In this document: piece by piece, positions 48,571 to 57,403 of the stretch
Layout: every line of letters starts with the position of its first letter
How positions within the stretch are numbered: position 1 is the stretch's first letter
Source: Nitrospirota bacterium
GTDB lineage: Bacteria; Nitrospirota; Thermodesulfovibrionia; Thermodesulfovibrionales; Dissulfurispiraceae
DNA: 64,000 nt
Direction: 5' to 3'
NCBI GenBank assembly: GCA_963710375.1
Contig: CAVPZX010000002.1
Location: 352,001 to 416,000 of the forward strand
Notes under the pieces: generated by a model
The model's input: only the letters and a program-made list of their open reading frames with translations
Databases searched by the model: none
What the model was told of the DNA's origin: nothing
Position numbers and translations under genes: made by a program

Positions 48571-48789
48571 CTATACTCCGGCTTCAGCAACAAATGCCTC
48601 AAGAATCTCAGGTTCTACATCAAGCACATCTTTCCCGAACGTTTCAATGTGGAAACGGATTGCGGACTTTACATCCGAAAGCGCTTCTTCATACGTGTCC
48701 CCTTGTCCAATCACAACTCCTTTTAGACCCAGAGGATAAGCTATATAGCCATCCGGATGTTTTTCAACAATTATTTTGTATTGTCTCAT
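48571..48789 (-). CDS. hicB: Short HicB-family antitoxin
   Basis: VEKHPDGYIAYP.GL.G..GQGDTYEEAL. Confidence 0.85.
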   Translation of the reverse strand: MRQYKIIVEKHPDGYIAYPLGLKGVVIGQGDTYEEALSDVKSAIRFHIETFGKDVLDVEPEILEAFVAEAGV

Positions 48790-48997
48790 TTCGTCAACCT
48801 CCTCTCTTGCCTAATAATATCATATTACTTCATTGTGTCATTATAATCGTCTCATGCCTATGATGAGGTTTCCTTCTTCTTCCCGGCTTATCGCGACCCT
48901 CGCACTTTGTGGTTGCCTTTACGGTAAACCGGTTATCTTATTAAGCAATTGCCTAGCCTGCTGGTTATCCGGAGCTATCCTCAATCCTGCCGTTATC

Positions 48998-49050
48998 TGG
49001 TACCTCCGGGTAAGGATGGACCCACCCACCGACGAAAAATGGACCCATTT
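48998..49050 (+). mobile_element. Isolated end of a second IS21-like element
   Basis: TG start followed by tandem ATGGACCCA repeats, same layout as the AATTGACCCA repeats of the intact IS. Confidence 0.45.
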
Positions 49051-49306
49051 ACCGGTTTTTGGAGGACTGATGAACATTCGGAAAAACGGACCCACCACCA
49101 ACAAATTCTCGCAACTGTTCTGCTCAAGCCTTCTTTTCCTAAAAAACTGTTCCGTATGGGGTGGAAGTGAGTGTGCCTCCTGACACGTGTTAATCGGCGT
49201 GCAAAATTGACCCACTTACGGGGGTAATCGGCGTCCAAAATTGACCCACCTCAGCATAACGTGCACTCTATCTGGAAATAACTAGAAAGAGGAGCAACGG
49301 AAGGAG

Positions 49307-50824
49307 ATGCTGATAGTGGAAACAATCCGTAAGATTCGATGCGCGTACCATAGGGATAGGAAGTCGATTCGGCAAATAGCCCGAGAGTTGAATCTGTCCC
49401 GCAATACAGTTAAGAAGGTAATTCGGAGCGATGCCACCGAGTTCACGTATGATCGGAAAGATCAACCTCATCCAAAGCTTGCCCCATATCACGAGTTGCT
49501 ATCTGAATATCTTGCAACAGATGCCACGAAGCCGGACCGGGAACAACGGACTGCCATCCTGTTATTTGAGGAATTGCAGCGTCAGGGATTTGAAGGTGGA
49601 TATGACAGTGTCAGGCGGTATGTTCAGAAGTGGCGTAAAAGCGAGGGAGGCAGGAAGGTCACGGCATACATACCGCAGACCTTCGACCCTGGGGAAGCAT
49701 TCCAGTTCGACTGGAGCTATGAGCAGGTTGAACTCTGGGGTGTCGTTGTAACAATAAAAGTAGCCCACTTTCGCCTCTGCTACAGTCGGATGCCGTTTTG
49801 CGTTGCCTATGCCAGAGAGAGCCTTGAGATGGTGCTTGATGCCCATGTCCGGGCTTTTGAGTATTTTGGAGGCAGCTGCCGCAAGGGTATATATGACAAC
49901 CTTAAGACGGTAGTGACCAAGGTACTGATGGGAAAGGACCGGGTTTTAAACCGGCGTTTTCAGAACCTCTCATCGCACTACTTGTTTGAGCCTGTAGCCT
50001 GTACCCCAGCAGCGGGCTGGGAGAAAGGACAGGTAGAAAGTCAGGTCAAGTTCATCCGTAAGCGCCTATTCGTTCCCCGTTTGAAGTTCTCCGATCTTGA
50101 CGAACTGAACCGATGGTTGAGTGATAGCTGCCGAACTCTAGCCGCCGGGCATAAACACCCCGAGTTCAAAGACGGCACTGTGGCCGAATACTTCGCCAGG
50201 GAGAGGCAACAGTTGCTGATCCTGAGTTCCCCGTTTGACGGGTACAAAGAGACACCGGTTCGAGTATCACTTACTGCACTGGTTTCATTTGACCGCAATC
50301 GTTACAGTGTCAATGCTTCAGTTGTAGGCAGGACAGCCATGATACGGGCATATGCTGATAGGGTCGTCATTGTCCATGATGGTAACGTAATCGGAGATCA
50401 CCGACGCCAGTTCGGCCGGGACAAGATAATCTACGATGCCTGGCACTACGTTGAGGTACTGAAGCACAAACCGGGAGCCCTGCGTAACGGTGCTCCCTTT
50501 AAGGAATGGGCACTGCCTGAGCCGCTCATAGAGATACGGCAGCTACTCGGCAAGAGCCCAGATGGGGACCGGCAGTTCGTCGGGATCCTGAGTGCAGTAT
50601 CAATCTATGGCCTGGAAGCCGTGGTTACAGCATGTTCCGAAGCACTTTCTATCGGTGTGGCCAGCAGAGATGTGATACTTAACGCCTTGTCCCGCACACA
50701 CGATGACCCCGTAATATCCGAATACAAGATCCCACTCCATCTGCCTGAGCTAAAGTCCCTGCCTATTGCCAACTGCAGTCGTTACGACGATCTTCTGACG
50801 GGAGGTGAACATGCTACGAGATAA
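49307..50824 (+). CDS. istA: IS21 transposase
   Basis: N-terminal [25 protein letters not shown]. Confidence 0.95.
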   Translation: MLIVETIRKIRCAYHRDRKSIRQIARELNLSRNTVKKVIRSDATEFTYDRKDQPHPKLAPYHELLSEYLATDATKPDREQRTAILLFEELQRQGFEGGYDSVRRYVQKWRKSEGGRKVTAYIPQTFDPGEAFQFDWSYEQVELWGVVVTIKVAHFRLCYSRMPFCVAYARESLEMVLDAHVRAFEYFGGSCRKGIYDNLKTVVTKVLMGKDRVLNRRFQNLSSHYLFEPVACTPAAGWEKGQVESQVKFIRKRLFVPRLKFSDLDELNRWLSDSCRTLAAGHKHPEFKDGTVAEYFARERQQLLILSSPFDGYKETPVRVSLTALVSFDRNRYSVNASVVGRTAMIRAYADRVVIVHDGNVIGDHRRQFGRDKIIYDAWHYVEVLKHKPGALRNGAPFKEWALPEPLIEIRQLLGKSPDGDRQFVGILSAVSIYGLEAVVTACSEALSIGVASRDVILNALSRTHDDPVISEYKIPLHLPELKSLPIANCSRYDDLLTGGEHATR

Positions 50825-51551
50825 ACTTCTGGAGGCGATGGAGAGCTTGAAGCTGTATGGCATGAGAAGTGTCTATGACGAGGTGTTCGCAGCCGGCATA
50901 AAGCAGCGACGCACGCCAGAAAAGATACTGCTGGATCTTCTGGAAGCTGAACTGGGAGAGCGGACTGCCCGGAGCATACGCTACCGCCTTGGGCAGGCAA
51001 GGTTCCCCGTAGACAAGGACATAGACCGCTTTGAGTTCGGCTCATCGCCGGTTAATGAGACCCAAATCCGTTCGCTTTACCAGGGCCAATTCCTCTCTGC
51101 AAATAGCAACGTTATCTTCGTTGGAGGCACTGGCACAGGTAAGTCTCACTTGGCGATAGCCATAGCCCGTCAGGCAATCAAAGACGGGAAAAGAGGGCGT
51201 TTCTTCAATGTGGTTGATCTGGTCAATCAGCTTGAACAAGAAAAACTGGCAGGACGTGGAGGCAAGCTGGCGGATAGCCTTGCACGGCTTCACCTTGTGG
51301 TGCTTGACGAATTGGGATATCTGCCGTTTTCAAAAAACGGCGGACAACTCTTGTTTCACTTGATATCAAAGCTCTACGAGCGAACCTCTCTGCTCATAAC
51401 TACCAATCTTACCTTCGGAGAATGGCCCCAGGTCTTTGGAGATAACAAGATGACTACTGCTCTTCTGGACAGAGTCACCCATCATTGTGATATCATCGAA
51501 ACAGGCAACGAGAGCTGGAGAATCAAGACCAGAAACTCAAAGAAAAACTAA
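50811..51551 (+). CDS. istB: IS21 helper ATPase
   Basis: [32 protein letters not shown]. Confidence 0.95.
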   Translation: MLRDKLLEAMESLKLYGMRSVYDEVFAAGIKQRRTPEKILLDLLEAELGERTARSIRYRLGQARFPVDKDIDRFEFGSSPVNETQIRSLYQGQFLSANSNVIFVGGTGTGKSHLAIAIARQAIKDGKRGRFFNVVDLVNQLEQEKLAGRGGKLADSLARLHLVVLDELGYLPFSKNGGQLLFHLISKLYERTSLLITTNLTFGEWPQVFGDNKMTTALLDRVTHHCDIIETGNESWRIKTRNSKKN

Positions 51552-51714
51552 CCGCTGGGGTGGGTCAATTTTGGACGCCGATGGTGGGTCAATTTTCGAC
51601 GCCGATTAACATTTATGCCAAATAGGGGAAATATCACCCTTTGGCAAAGGAAGGTTATGAGGGATTTTATCGATAAAGTTGTTATTATTTTGCAACCGTT
51701 AATATAAACAAACT

Positions 51715-52167
51715 CTATTTAGAAATAGCCGACATAACTAGCTGACTGCATTTAAGCACCTTGCCGTATTCGCTAAAGTAAAGGTCAGCCTCTTCTCTGG
51801 ATCCGGCACATGCTATTACAACGCTGTGTGTGCCGTTCAAGCATTCAGCTTTGAAAAGTTTCATTCCCATAGAGCTGAGTTCAGAAACAAGCTCCTTAAG
51901 TATTTTATTTGAGAGTGTCCCTCTTCTCGTACACCCGTACATTTTCTCAAGCTCATTGATTGCAGGCGTCGAATAGTGCCCCTCCGCTATAATTCCCACT
52001 GCCTGCTTAAGTTTCGCCCTATCTTCCGGGTCTTTTATATAATCGTCCAACATACCTTCATAAGCTGCCAGGATCTTTGGCATATCACTCGAGACCCTTT
52101 TCTCCTTGTAACTGATATAAAGATACCCCGCACCTATTAGTGCCAGGATTAAAAGGAGAATCCCCAT
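51715..52167 (-). CDS. Hypothetical membrane-anchored protein
   Basis: N-terminal TM MGILLLILALIGAGYLY; GAGGGAG RBS. Confidence 0.6.
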   Translation of the reverse strand: MGILLLILALIGAGYLYISYKEKRVSSDMPKILAAYEGMLDDYIKDPEDRAKLKQAVGIIAEGHYSTPAINELEKMYGCTRRGTLSNKILKELVSELSSMGMKLFKAECLNGTHSVVIACAGSREEADLYFSEYGKVLKCSQLVMSAISK

Positions 52168-52365
52168 TACATGTATGCTCCCTCTACACCCCGCCAAGCA
52201 CTCGGCTGGGTAGGTGAGTGCCCGGCAGGGACCACGGTCATATAAATTTCTCATAAATAACGCTCCTTCAATAATTTCACTCTTTATAGTATATTACCCT
52301 TTATTTTTTCGATGTGTAGGTTGAGAAACGTTGCCGTATTCCGGCAGAAAGTATTAAAATTGCAT

Positions 52366-52791
52366 ATGAGATTTTTATTGGTTCTTTCATGCCTGATGTA
52401 TATTCTGATCTCATGTGCTAAGGGGCCTTCCTGCATCCAGGCCCCCTTTGACGGTTACACATCTGAAATAGATGTGAGCACCCTCATTCCAAAACAGCCC
52501 CGGTTCTATTCTTTGTCTATTGAGGGTAAAAATATCAGTTTTTTTCTTTTAATGGTCAATGGCGAAATCCAGTCATATTTTAATGCATGCAAGGAATGCT
52601 ATCCAAAAAAATTAGGGTTTAGCTTTGAGGAAGGATATATGAAATGCAGATCGTGCAATGAACGGTGGCCACTGGAGAGTTTACAGGATGGGATTGGAGG
52701 TTGTTATCCCATTCCGTTAAAGGGAGTTTTAAAAGGAGATAAATACGTTATTACCCAGGCAGCCCTCAAGGAGGGCATGCAATTTTTCTGA
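52366..52791 (+). CDS. DUF2318-type Fe-S-binding protein, probable lipoprotein
   Basis: FNACKEC, CRSC, GGCYPIPL; lipobox-like LISC. Confidence 0.78.
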   Translation: MRFLLVLSCLMYILISCAKGPSCIQAPFDGYTSEIDVSTLIPKQPRFYSLSIEGKNISFFLLMVNGEIQSYFNACKECYPKKLGFSFEEGYMKCRSCNERWPLESLQDGIGGCYPIPLKGVLKGDKYVITQAALKEGMQFF

Positions 52792-52890
52792 AAATCCCCG
52801 GCATTTCCCGAAGTCCGGAACATTTTTGGCGTTGCAAACCGTTGGACTGTAATGTAGACTTTATTAAGACTATATGAGGGAGGTTATCTA

Positions 52891-53469
52891 ATGAAAAAAT
52901 CATTTGGCCCAAAAACACTGGCTTACCCGACTCCTGTATGGGTATTGGGGTCTTATGACAAGGACGGCAGACCGGACGTGATGACTTTCTCCTGGGGAGG
53001 AATATGCTGCTCCAAGCCGCCCTGCGTTTCGGTTTCGCTCAGGCAAGCCACCTATACCTATGGCAACATAATTGAACGAAAAGCATTTACGATAAATATA
53101 CCTTCGGAAAAATATGCCAGGGAGGCAGATTATTTCGGGATGGTCTCAGGCAGAACTATTGATAAGTTTTCAGTCACGGGTTTGACTCCGGTAAAAAGCG
53201 ACCTGGTCGATGCCCCTTATGTGAAGGAATTCCCTATGGTTTTGGAGTGCAAGGTTATCAAGATCGTTGAAATTGGATTGCACACCCAGTTTATCGGCGA
53301 AATCATTGATGTGAAAGCGGATGATTCTGTAATCGGCGATAAAGACTTGCCGGATATTGCCAAGGTAAGTCCAATTGTTTTTTGTCCTGAGGGACGGACT
53401 TATTGGAGCATTGGAGGACCTCTTGGAGAAGCCTTCTCGATAGGAAGGAGTTTTAATAATGTCAAATAG
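52891..53469 (+). CDS. Flavin reductase family protein (flavoredoxin-like)
   Basis: PTPVW, WGG.C.S.PP, FTINIP, DYFG..SG, LECKV, HTQF.GEI. Confidence 0.92.
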   Translation: MKKSFGPKTLAYPTPVWVLGSYDKDGRPDVMTFSWGGICCSKPPCVSVSLRQATYTYGNIIERKAFTINIPSEKYAREADYFGMVSGRTIDKFSVTGLTPVKSDLVDAPYVKEFPMVLECKVIKIVEIGLHTQFIGEIIDVKADDSVIGDKDLPDIAKVSPIVFCPEGRTYWSIGGPLGEAFSIGRSFNNVK

Positions 53470-53767
53470 GAAAATAACGTACGCTATCGGGTTTTTTATG
53501 ATTTTGATCTGTTCATTATTTTTCGCTTCGAGTTGCTGCAAGACCGACCGTTTAGGCCTGTGGGAGAGGCACTGTGCATCCTGCCATGATGGTAAAACCA
53601 TTCTAAACGGCACGGTTGTTATGAATAGGGACCAGATGAAATCAAAATACAAAACTCTGGATGAATTCTCAAATGCATGTGTCGGCACTGCATCGTGCAT
53701 GAATATACTAAAGCACGACAAAAAGTTGTTTATTGAGGTAGGCAAGGCAATTGGGATAGGCAGTTAG
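53459..53767 (+). CDS. Small monoheme c-type cytochrome, probable lipoprotein
   Basis: Signal peptide with SSC, CASCH heme motif. Confidence 0.75.
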   Translation: MSNRKITYAIGFFMILICSLFFASSCCKTDRLGLWERHCASCHDGKTILNGTVVMNRDQMKSKYKTLDEFSNACVGTASCMNILKHDKKLFIEVGKAIGIGS

Positions 53768-53795
53768 GATAGTGTTATACTAATAACTAAAAGAG

Positions 53796-55022
53796 GTGAA
53801 TACGGCAATGAGAGCAGTAGAAATCAAAAACGGAATTTATTGGGTAGGCGCAATTGACTGGGCGATTCGCGATTTCCACGGTTACGTGACACCCCGTGGG
53901 ACTACCTATAACAATTATCTGATTATGGATGAAGAAATAACCCTGCTGGATACTGTCAAATGCGACTTCGCGGACACCACCATCAAGAATATACGGGGCG
54001 TCATCGATCCCGCCAGAATAAAAAACGTCATTATAAACCATATAGAAAATGACCATGTAACCAGTATCGACGCCATAATGGCTCTGGCTCCCAACGCAAC
54101 CATCTATATAACGGAAAAAGGCAGGAAAGGACTCGAAAGATTTTATGATCTGTCCAAATGGACTATCAAGACAGTAAAGACAGGAGATACCCTCAACATA
54201 GGCAAAAGGACGCTTCTTTTTCTGGAGACGCCCATGCTTCATTGGCCCGACTCGATGATGACCTATATAAAAGAAGAAAAGATACTGATCAGCCAGGATG
54301 GGTTCGGCCAGCATATAGCCTCTGCGGTGAGGTTCGATGACGAATTCATCACATGTCAGTCCATGGCCGAGCTGGACGACGCTGTCATAGACTACTACGC
54401 CAATATCCTCATGCCTTTCGGCCAGCTCATTAAGGCGAAGATCGCACAAGTGCAGAAACTCGGTCTCGAAATCGAGATGATTGCTCCCGACCACGGCATT
54501 ATATGGAGACGGGACCCCGGAAAAGTCATGCAGATGTATCTCGATATGGCAAATGGCAAAGCGCACCTCAGAGTTTCCATCATTTACGATACCATGTGGC
54601 ACAGCACGGAAATGATGACTTCGCCCATGATGCAGGGTATCAAGGACGAAGGTGTGGAATGCAACGTAATTAAGCTGAGAGCTACACCCATGAGCGTTGC
54701 TATTAAAGAATTCTGGAACTCAAGGGGGTGCCTTATTGGAACGCCGACCCTAAATAATATTATGTTTCCGAATGTGGCCGAGTTTTTGACCCACCTGAGG
54801 GGACTTCGTCCAAAAAACAGGATGGCCGGCGCTTTCGGAAGCTACGGATGGGGCGGCGGAGCTGTAAAAGAGGCTTACATGGAGCTAAAAAGAATGGGCC
54901 TTGAGCTTTACGAGCCCGGATTGGAGATACTGTACAAACCTTCTTTTGAGGATGAGACCAAATGCTATGATTTCGGCAGGGAATTCGCCAGACGTGTCAA
55001 AATATACCATGAGAAATTTTAA
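53796..55022 (+). CDS. fprA: Flavodiiron protein (FprA / ROO-like)
   Basis: GTTYNNY, NH.E.DH, HWPD, PDHG, flavodoxin domain FGSYGWGG. Confidence 0.95.
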   Translation: MNTAMRAVEIKNGIYWVGAIDWAIRDFHGYVTPRGTTYNNYLIMDEEITLLDTVKCDFADTTIKNIRGVIDPARIKNVIINHIENDHVTSIDAIMALAPNATIYITEKGRKGLERFYDLSKWTIKTVKTGDTLNIGKRTLLFLETPMLHWPDSMMTYIKEEKILISQDGFGQHIASAVRFDDEFITCQSMAELDDAVIDYYANILMPFGQLIKAKIAQVQKLGLEIEMIAPDHGIIWRRDPGKVMQMYLDMANGKAHLRVSIIYDTMWHSTEMMTSPMMQGIKDEGVECNVIKLRATPMSVAIKEFWNSRGCLIGTPTLNNIMFPNVAEFLTHLRGLRPKNRMAGAFGSYGWGGGAVKEAYMELKRMGLELYEPGLEILYKPSFEDETKCYDFGREFARRVKIYHEKF

Positions 55023-55037
55023 AAGGAGATTACTACC

Positions 55038-55532
55038 ATGACTAAATCTGAAAAGGACTTGTTGGATGCATTTGCAGGAGAGAGCCAGGCAAACAGAAAA
55101 TATCTCGCTTTCGCGAAAAAGGCAGAAGCCGAGGGCTTCAAACAGATTGCGAAACTGTTCCGCGCTGCTGCTGCAGCTGAAACAATTCATGCCCATAACC
55201 ACCTCCGGGAGTTGGGCGGCATAAAGACTACAAAGGATAATTTGGCGTCCGCACTTCAGGGCGAGGTCTATGAGTTCCAGAAGATGTACCCATATATGAT
55301 TGCAGATGCTCAGGCTGAGGGCAATAAAGGCGCGCTGAGAACGTTCACGTATGCCAATGAGGTTGAGAAAGTTCATGCGGCACTCTACCAGAAGGCAATA
55401 GATGAATTCGGCAAGAACAGCGAGACCGACTATTATGTATGCGATGTCTGCGGACATACTGTGGAAGGCGAGCCACCTGACGAGTGCCCCGTCTGCAAGG
55501 CAAAGAAACAGGCCTTCAAAAAGGTTGAGTAG
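55038..55532 (+). CDS. rbr: Rubrerythrin
   Basis: AFAGESQANRKY, ETIHA, EKVH, CDVCG...CPVC. Confidence 0.95.
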   Translation: MTKSEKDLLDAFAGESQANRKYLAFAKKAEAEGFKQIAKLFRAAAAAETIHAHNHLRELGGIKTTKDNLASALQGEVYEFQKMYPYMIADAQAEGNKGALRTFTYANEVEKVHAALYQKAIDEFGKNSETDYYVCDVCGHTVEGEPPDECPVCKAKKQAFKKVE

Positions 55533-55550
55533 GACACTCCCGGAAAGCAA

Positions 55551-56123
55551 ATGAATATAGTGGCATTTCTCGGCAGCCCTCGCGAACAAGGCAACTCCGA
55601 TATGTTGTTAAAGGAGGCTCTCAAGGCAGCGGAGAGCTCCGCGCATGATGTCCTGATTTTCAGACTCAACACCATGGACATAAAGCCTTGCCAGAATTGC
55701 GGAGGCTGTGATGAAACCGGCATATGCGTTGTCAACGATGATATGCAGGAAATAACCATTGCTATCCGCAAGGCTGACCGCATCATCCTTTCCTCACCTA
55801 TTTTCTTTTTCGGCCTCAGCGCTCAATCAAAAATCATGATTGACCGCTGCCAGTCCTTCTGGTGTGAAAAATACCTGTTAAAAAAAACCATCCCCTCAGG
55901 TCCGAATGGAAGAAAAGGGCTCCTCATGCTCGTGGGCGGTATGAAAAAAGAGATTGGCATTCAATGTTCCGAAGTGACGGCAAAGGCCTTTTTCAGGACC
56001 ATCAGCGTTCCTGATCACGAAACTCTGAGCTTTCTGGGGGTAGATGCGAAAGGGGCGATACGTAACCACCCGACAGCGCTGAACGATGCCTTTGAGGCAG
56101 GGAAAAGATTAGTAGCATACTAA
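55551..56123 (+). CDS. Iron-sulfur flavoprotein (flavodoxin-like)
   Basis: GSPR..GNS, C..C..C.....C...DDM, SPIFF. Confidence 0.9.
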   Translation: MNIVAFLGSPREQGNSDMLLKEALKAAESSAHDVLIFRLNTMDIKPCQNCGGCDETGICVVNDDMQEITIAIRKADRIILSSPIFFFGLSAQSKIMIDRCQSFWCEKYLLKKTIPSGPNGRKGLLMLVGGMKKEIGIQCSEVTAKAFFRTISVPDHETLSFLGVDAKGAIRNHPTALNDAFEAGKRLVAY

Positions 56124-56137
56124 TTAAGGAGGGGACC

Positions 56138-56458
56138 ATGTCAGAATTACCAGGACAGTATATGAGCATCGCAAAGAGATTCAAAAAGTTCACCAAGGCT
56201 GTTGAAAACCTCGGAAAAGCAGCAAAAGACGCAGGCCCCATTGATGACAAAACTTCTCACTTAATCCAGATGGCCGCTGCCGCTGCCATAAGGTCAGAGG
56301 GGTCCGTCCACTCCCATGCGCGGAGGGCCCTGCAATCTGGCGCATCTCCTGATGAACTTCACCATGCCATCATACTGCTGTCCAGCACTATAGGGTTTCC
56401 CACTGTCTCCGCTGCCTTAAGCTGGGTGGATGATGTGATAAAAGGACACAAAGACTGA
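56138..56458 (+). CDS. Carboxymuconolactone decarboxylase (AhpD-like) family protein
   Basis: D.KT.HLI, SEG.VHSHARRA, GFP. Confidence 0.9.
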   Translation: MSELPGQYMSIAKRFKKFTKAVENLGKAAKDAGPIDDKTSHLIQMAAAAAIRSEGSVHSHARRALQSGASPDELHHAIILLSSTIGFPTVSAALSWVDDVIKGHKD

Positions 56459-57403
56459 TTGTATACTTCGGTTCCTGAGTATATACAATTCTTCCCTACA
56501 CTGAGGTGCAACCGGCATTGTGGGTTCTGCTTCAACCGGGGCTTAGAAACTGAAAGCGAAATTACGGCTGACGGTTTTGAGAGGCTCGCCGGTAAAATAC
56601 TGGACGCAGGGATAGGAGAGATAGACATCCTTGGCGGCGAGCCTACGCTGCATCCCGATATTGTCAGGCTTATCGACAAAGCTGCAACGCTCAAGCTCAG
56701 GCTGAATCTGAGCACCAATGGCACTAACGTTGCCCTGCTTGAACGCCTTTCGAGTGTATACGACAGGAATACGCTTAATATCGGCATCTCGCTCAACGAT
56801 AGCCGCGTGGCAAAAGAGCTCGAAGACTATATTGCCAAATACCGGCCCGTCATTAAAAGCATTTGCAAAAAATCGGCCATGCCGCAACCGGTAAATATCT
56901 ATTTCAACATGCCGGAAATAACCTGCTATCTGCTCTATATGGATACCATATCTGATAGCGATCTCATTAACAGTATGCCTTTCTATCAATTTTATAAACA
57001 GCTTTCTGATGCGCGAAACAAATACCCCAATATCTCCGGAGTCTACTGCGGTGGCTTTCTGCCTGACACTAAAAAACAACCCCTGTTAAGAAACGCAAGA
57101 TGCCCTGCAGGAACCACAAAACTGTCAGTTCTTCCTGATGGCTCGGTGTTTCCATGCTACCTTTTTTTCAGGAGCCAAAAGTTCAGGCTGGGCAATATTT
57201 TCTCCGAAAGCTTTGAAGACATCTGGGGAAGTCCGGTACTGAATTATTTTAGAAAGTTCCACGGCAACAAATGTCATGTTACTGCCTGCGAACTTTTTTC
57301 AGAGTGCCATGGGGGATGTCCTGCAGTGAGCCTCTTGATATGCAACGACATAGATGCACCTGACCCGAGGTGTACAAAAATTAATCGTTGCCTGCCTTTA
57401 TAG
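56459..57403 (+). CDS. Radical SAM protein with SPASM domain
   Basis: CNRHCGFC, GGEP, STNG, CPAG..DG.V.PC..C....C.....C.GGC. Confidence 0.9.
   Translation: MYTSVPEYIQFFPTLRCNRHCGFCFNRGLETESEITADGFERLAGKILDAGIGEIDILGGEPTLHPDIVRLIDKAATLKLRLNLSTNGTNVALLERLSSVYDRNTLNIGISLNDSRVAKELEDYIAKYRPVIKSICKKSAMPQPVNIYFNMPEITCYLLYMDTISDSDLINSMPFYQFYKQLSDARNKYPNISGVYCGGFLPDTKKQPLLRNARCPAGTTKLSVLPDGSVFPCYLFFRSQKFRLGNIFSESFEDIWGSPVLNYFRKFHGNKCHVTACELFSECHGGCPAVSLLICNDIDAPDPRCTKINRCLPL

Larger units (their letters stand above)
49188..51611 (+). mobile_element. IS21 family insertion sequence, complete
   Basis: TGTTAATCGGCGT...ACGCCGATTAACA ends, two ATCGGCGT-N2-AAAATTGACCCAC repeats per end, istA-istB. Confidence 0.95.

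Noticed and set aside
45640..48860. Toxin-antitoxin genes as integron cassettes or pdif modules
   Set aside because: Only partial TAAC or dif-like half-sites (e.g. near 45682, 46550, 46565, 46612); no complete attC or 11-6-11 dif site and no integrase visible.
48919..49238. Several overlapping short ORFs left of istA
   Set aside because: They run across IS terminal repeats and remnant sequence; only the TPR-like tail looks coding.
53787..55589. 271-aa and 234-aa minus-strand ORFs
   Set aside because: Antisense shadows of fprA and rubrerythrin.
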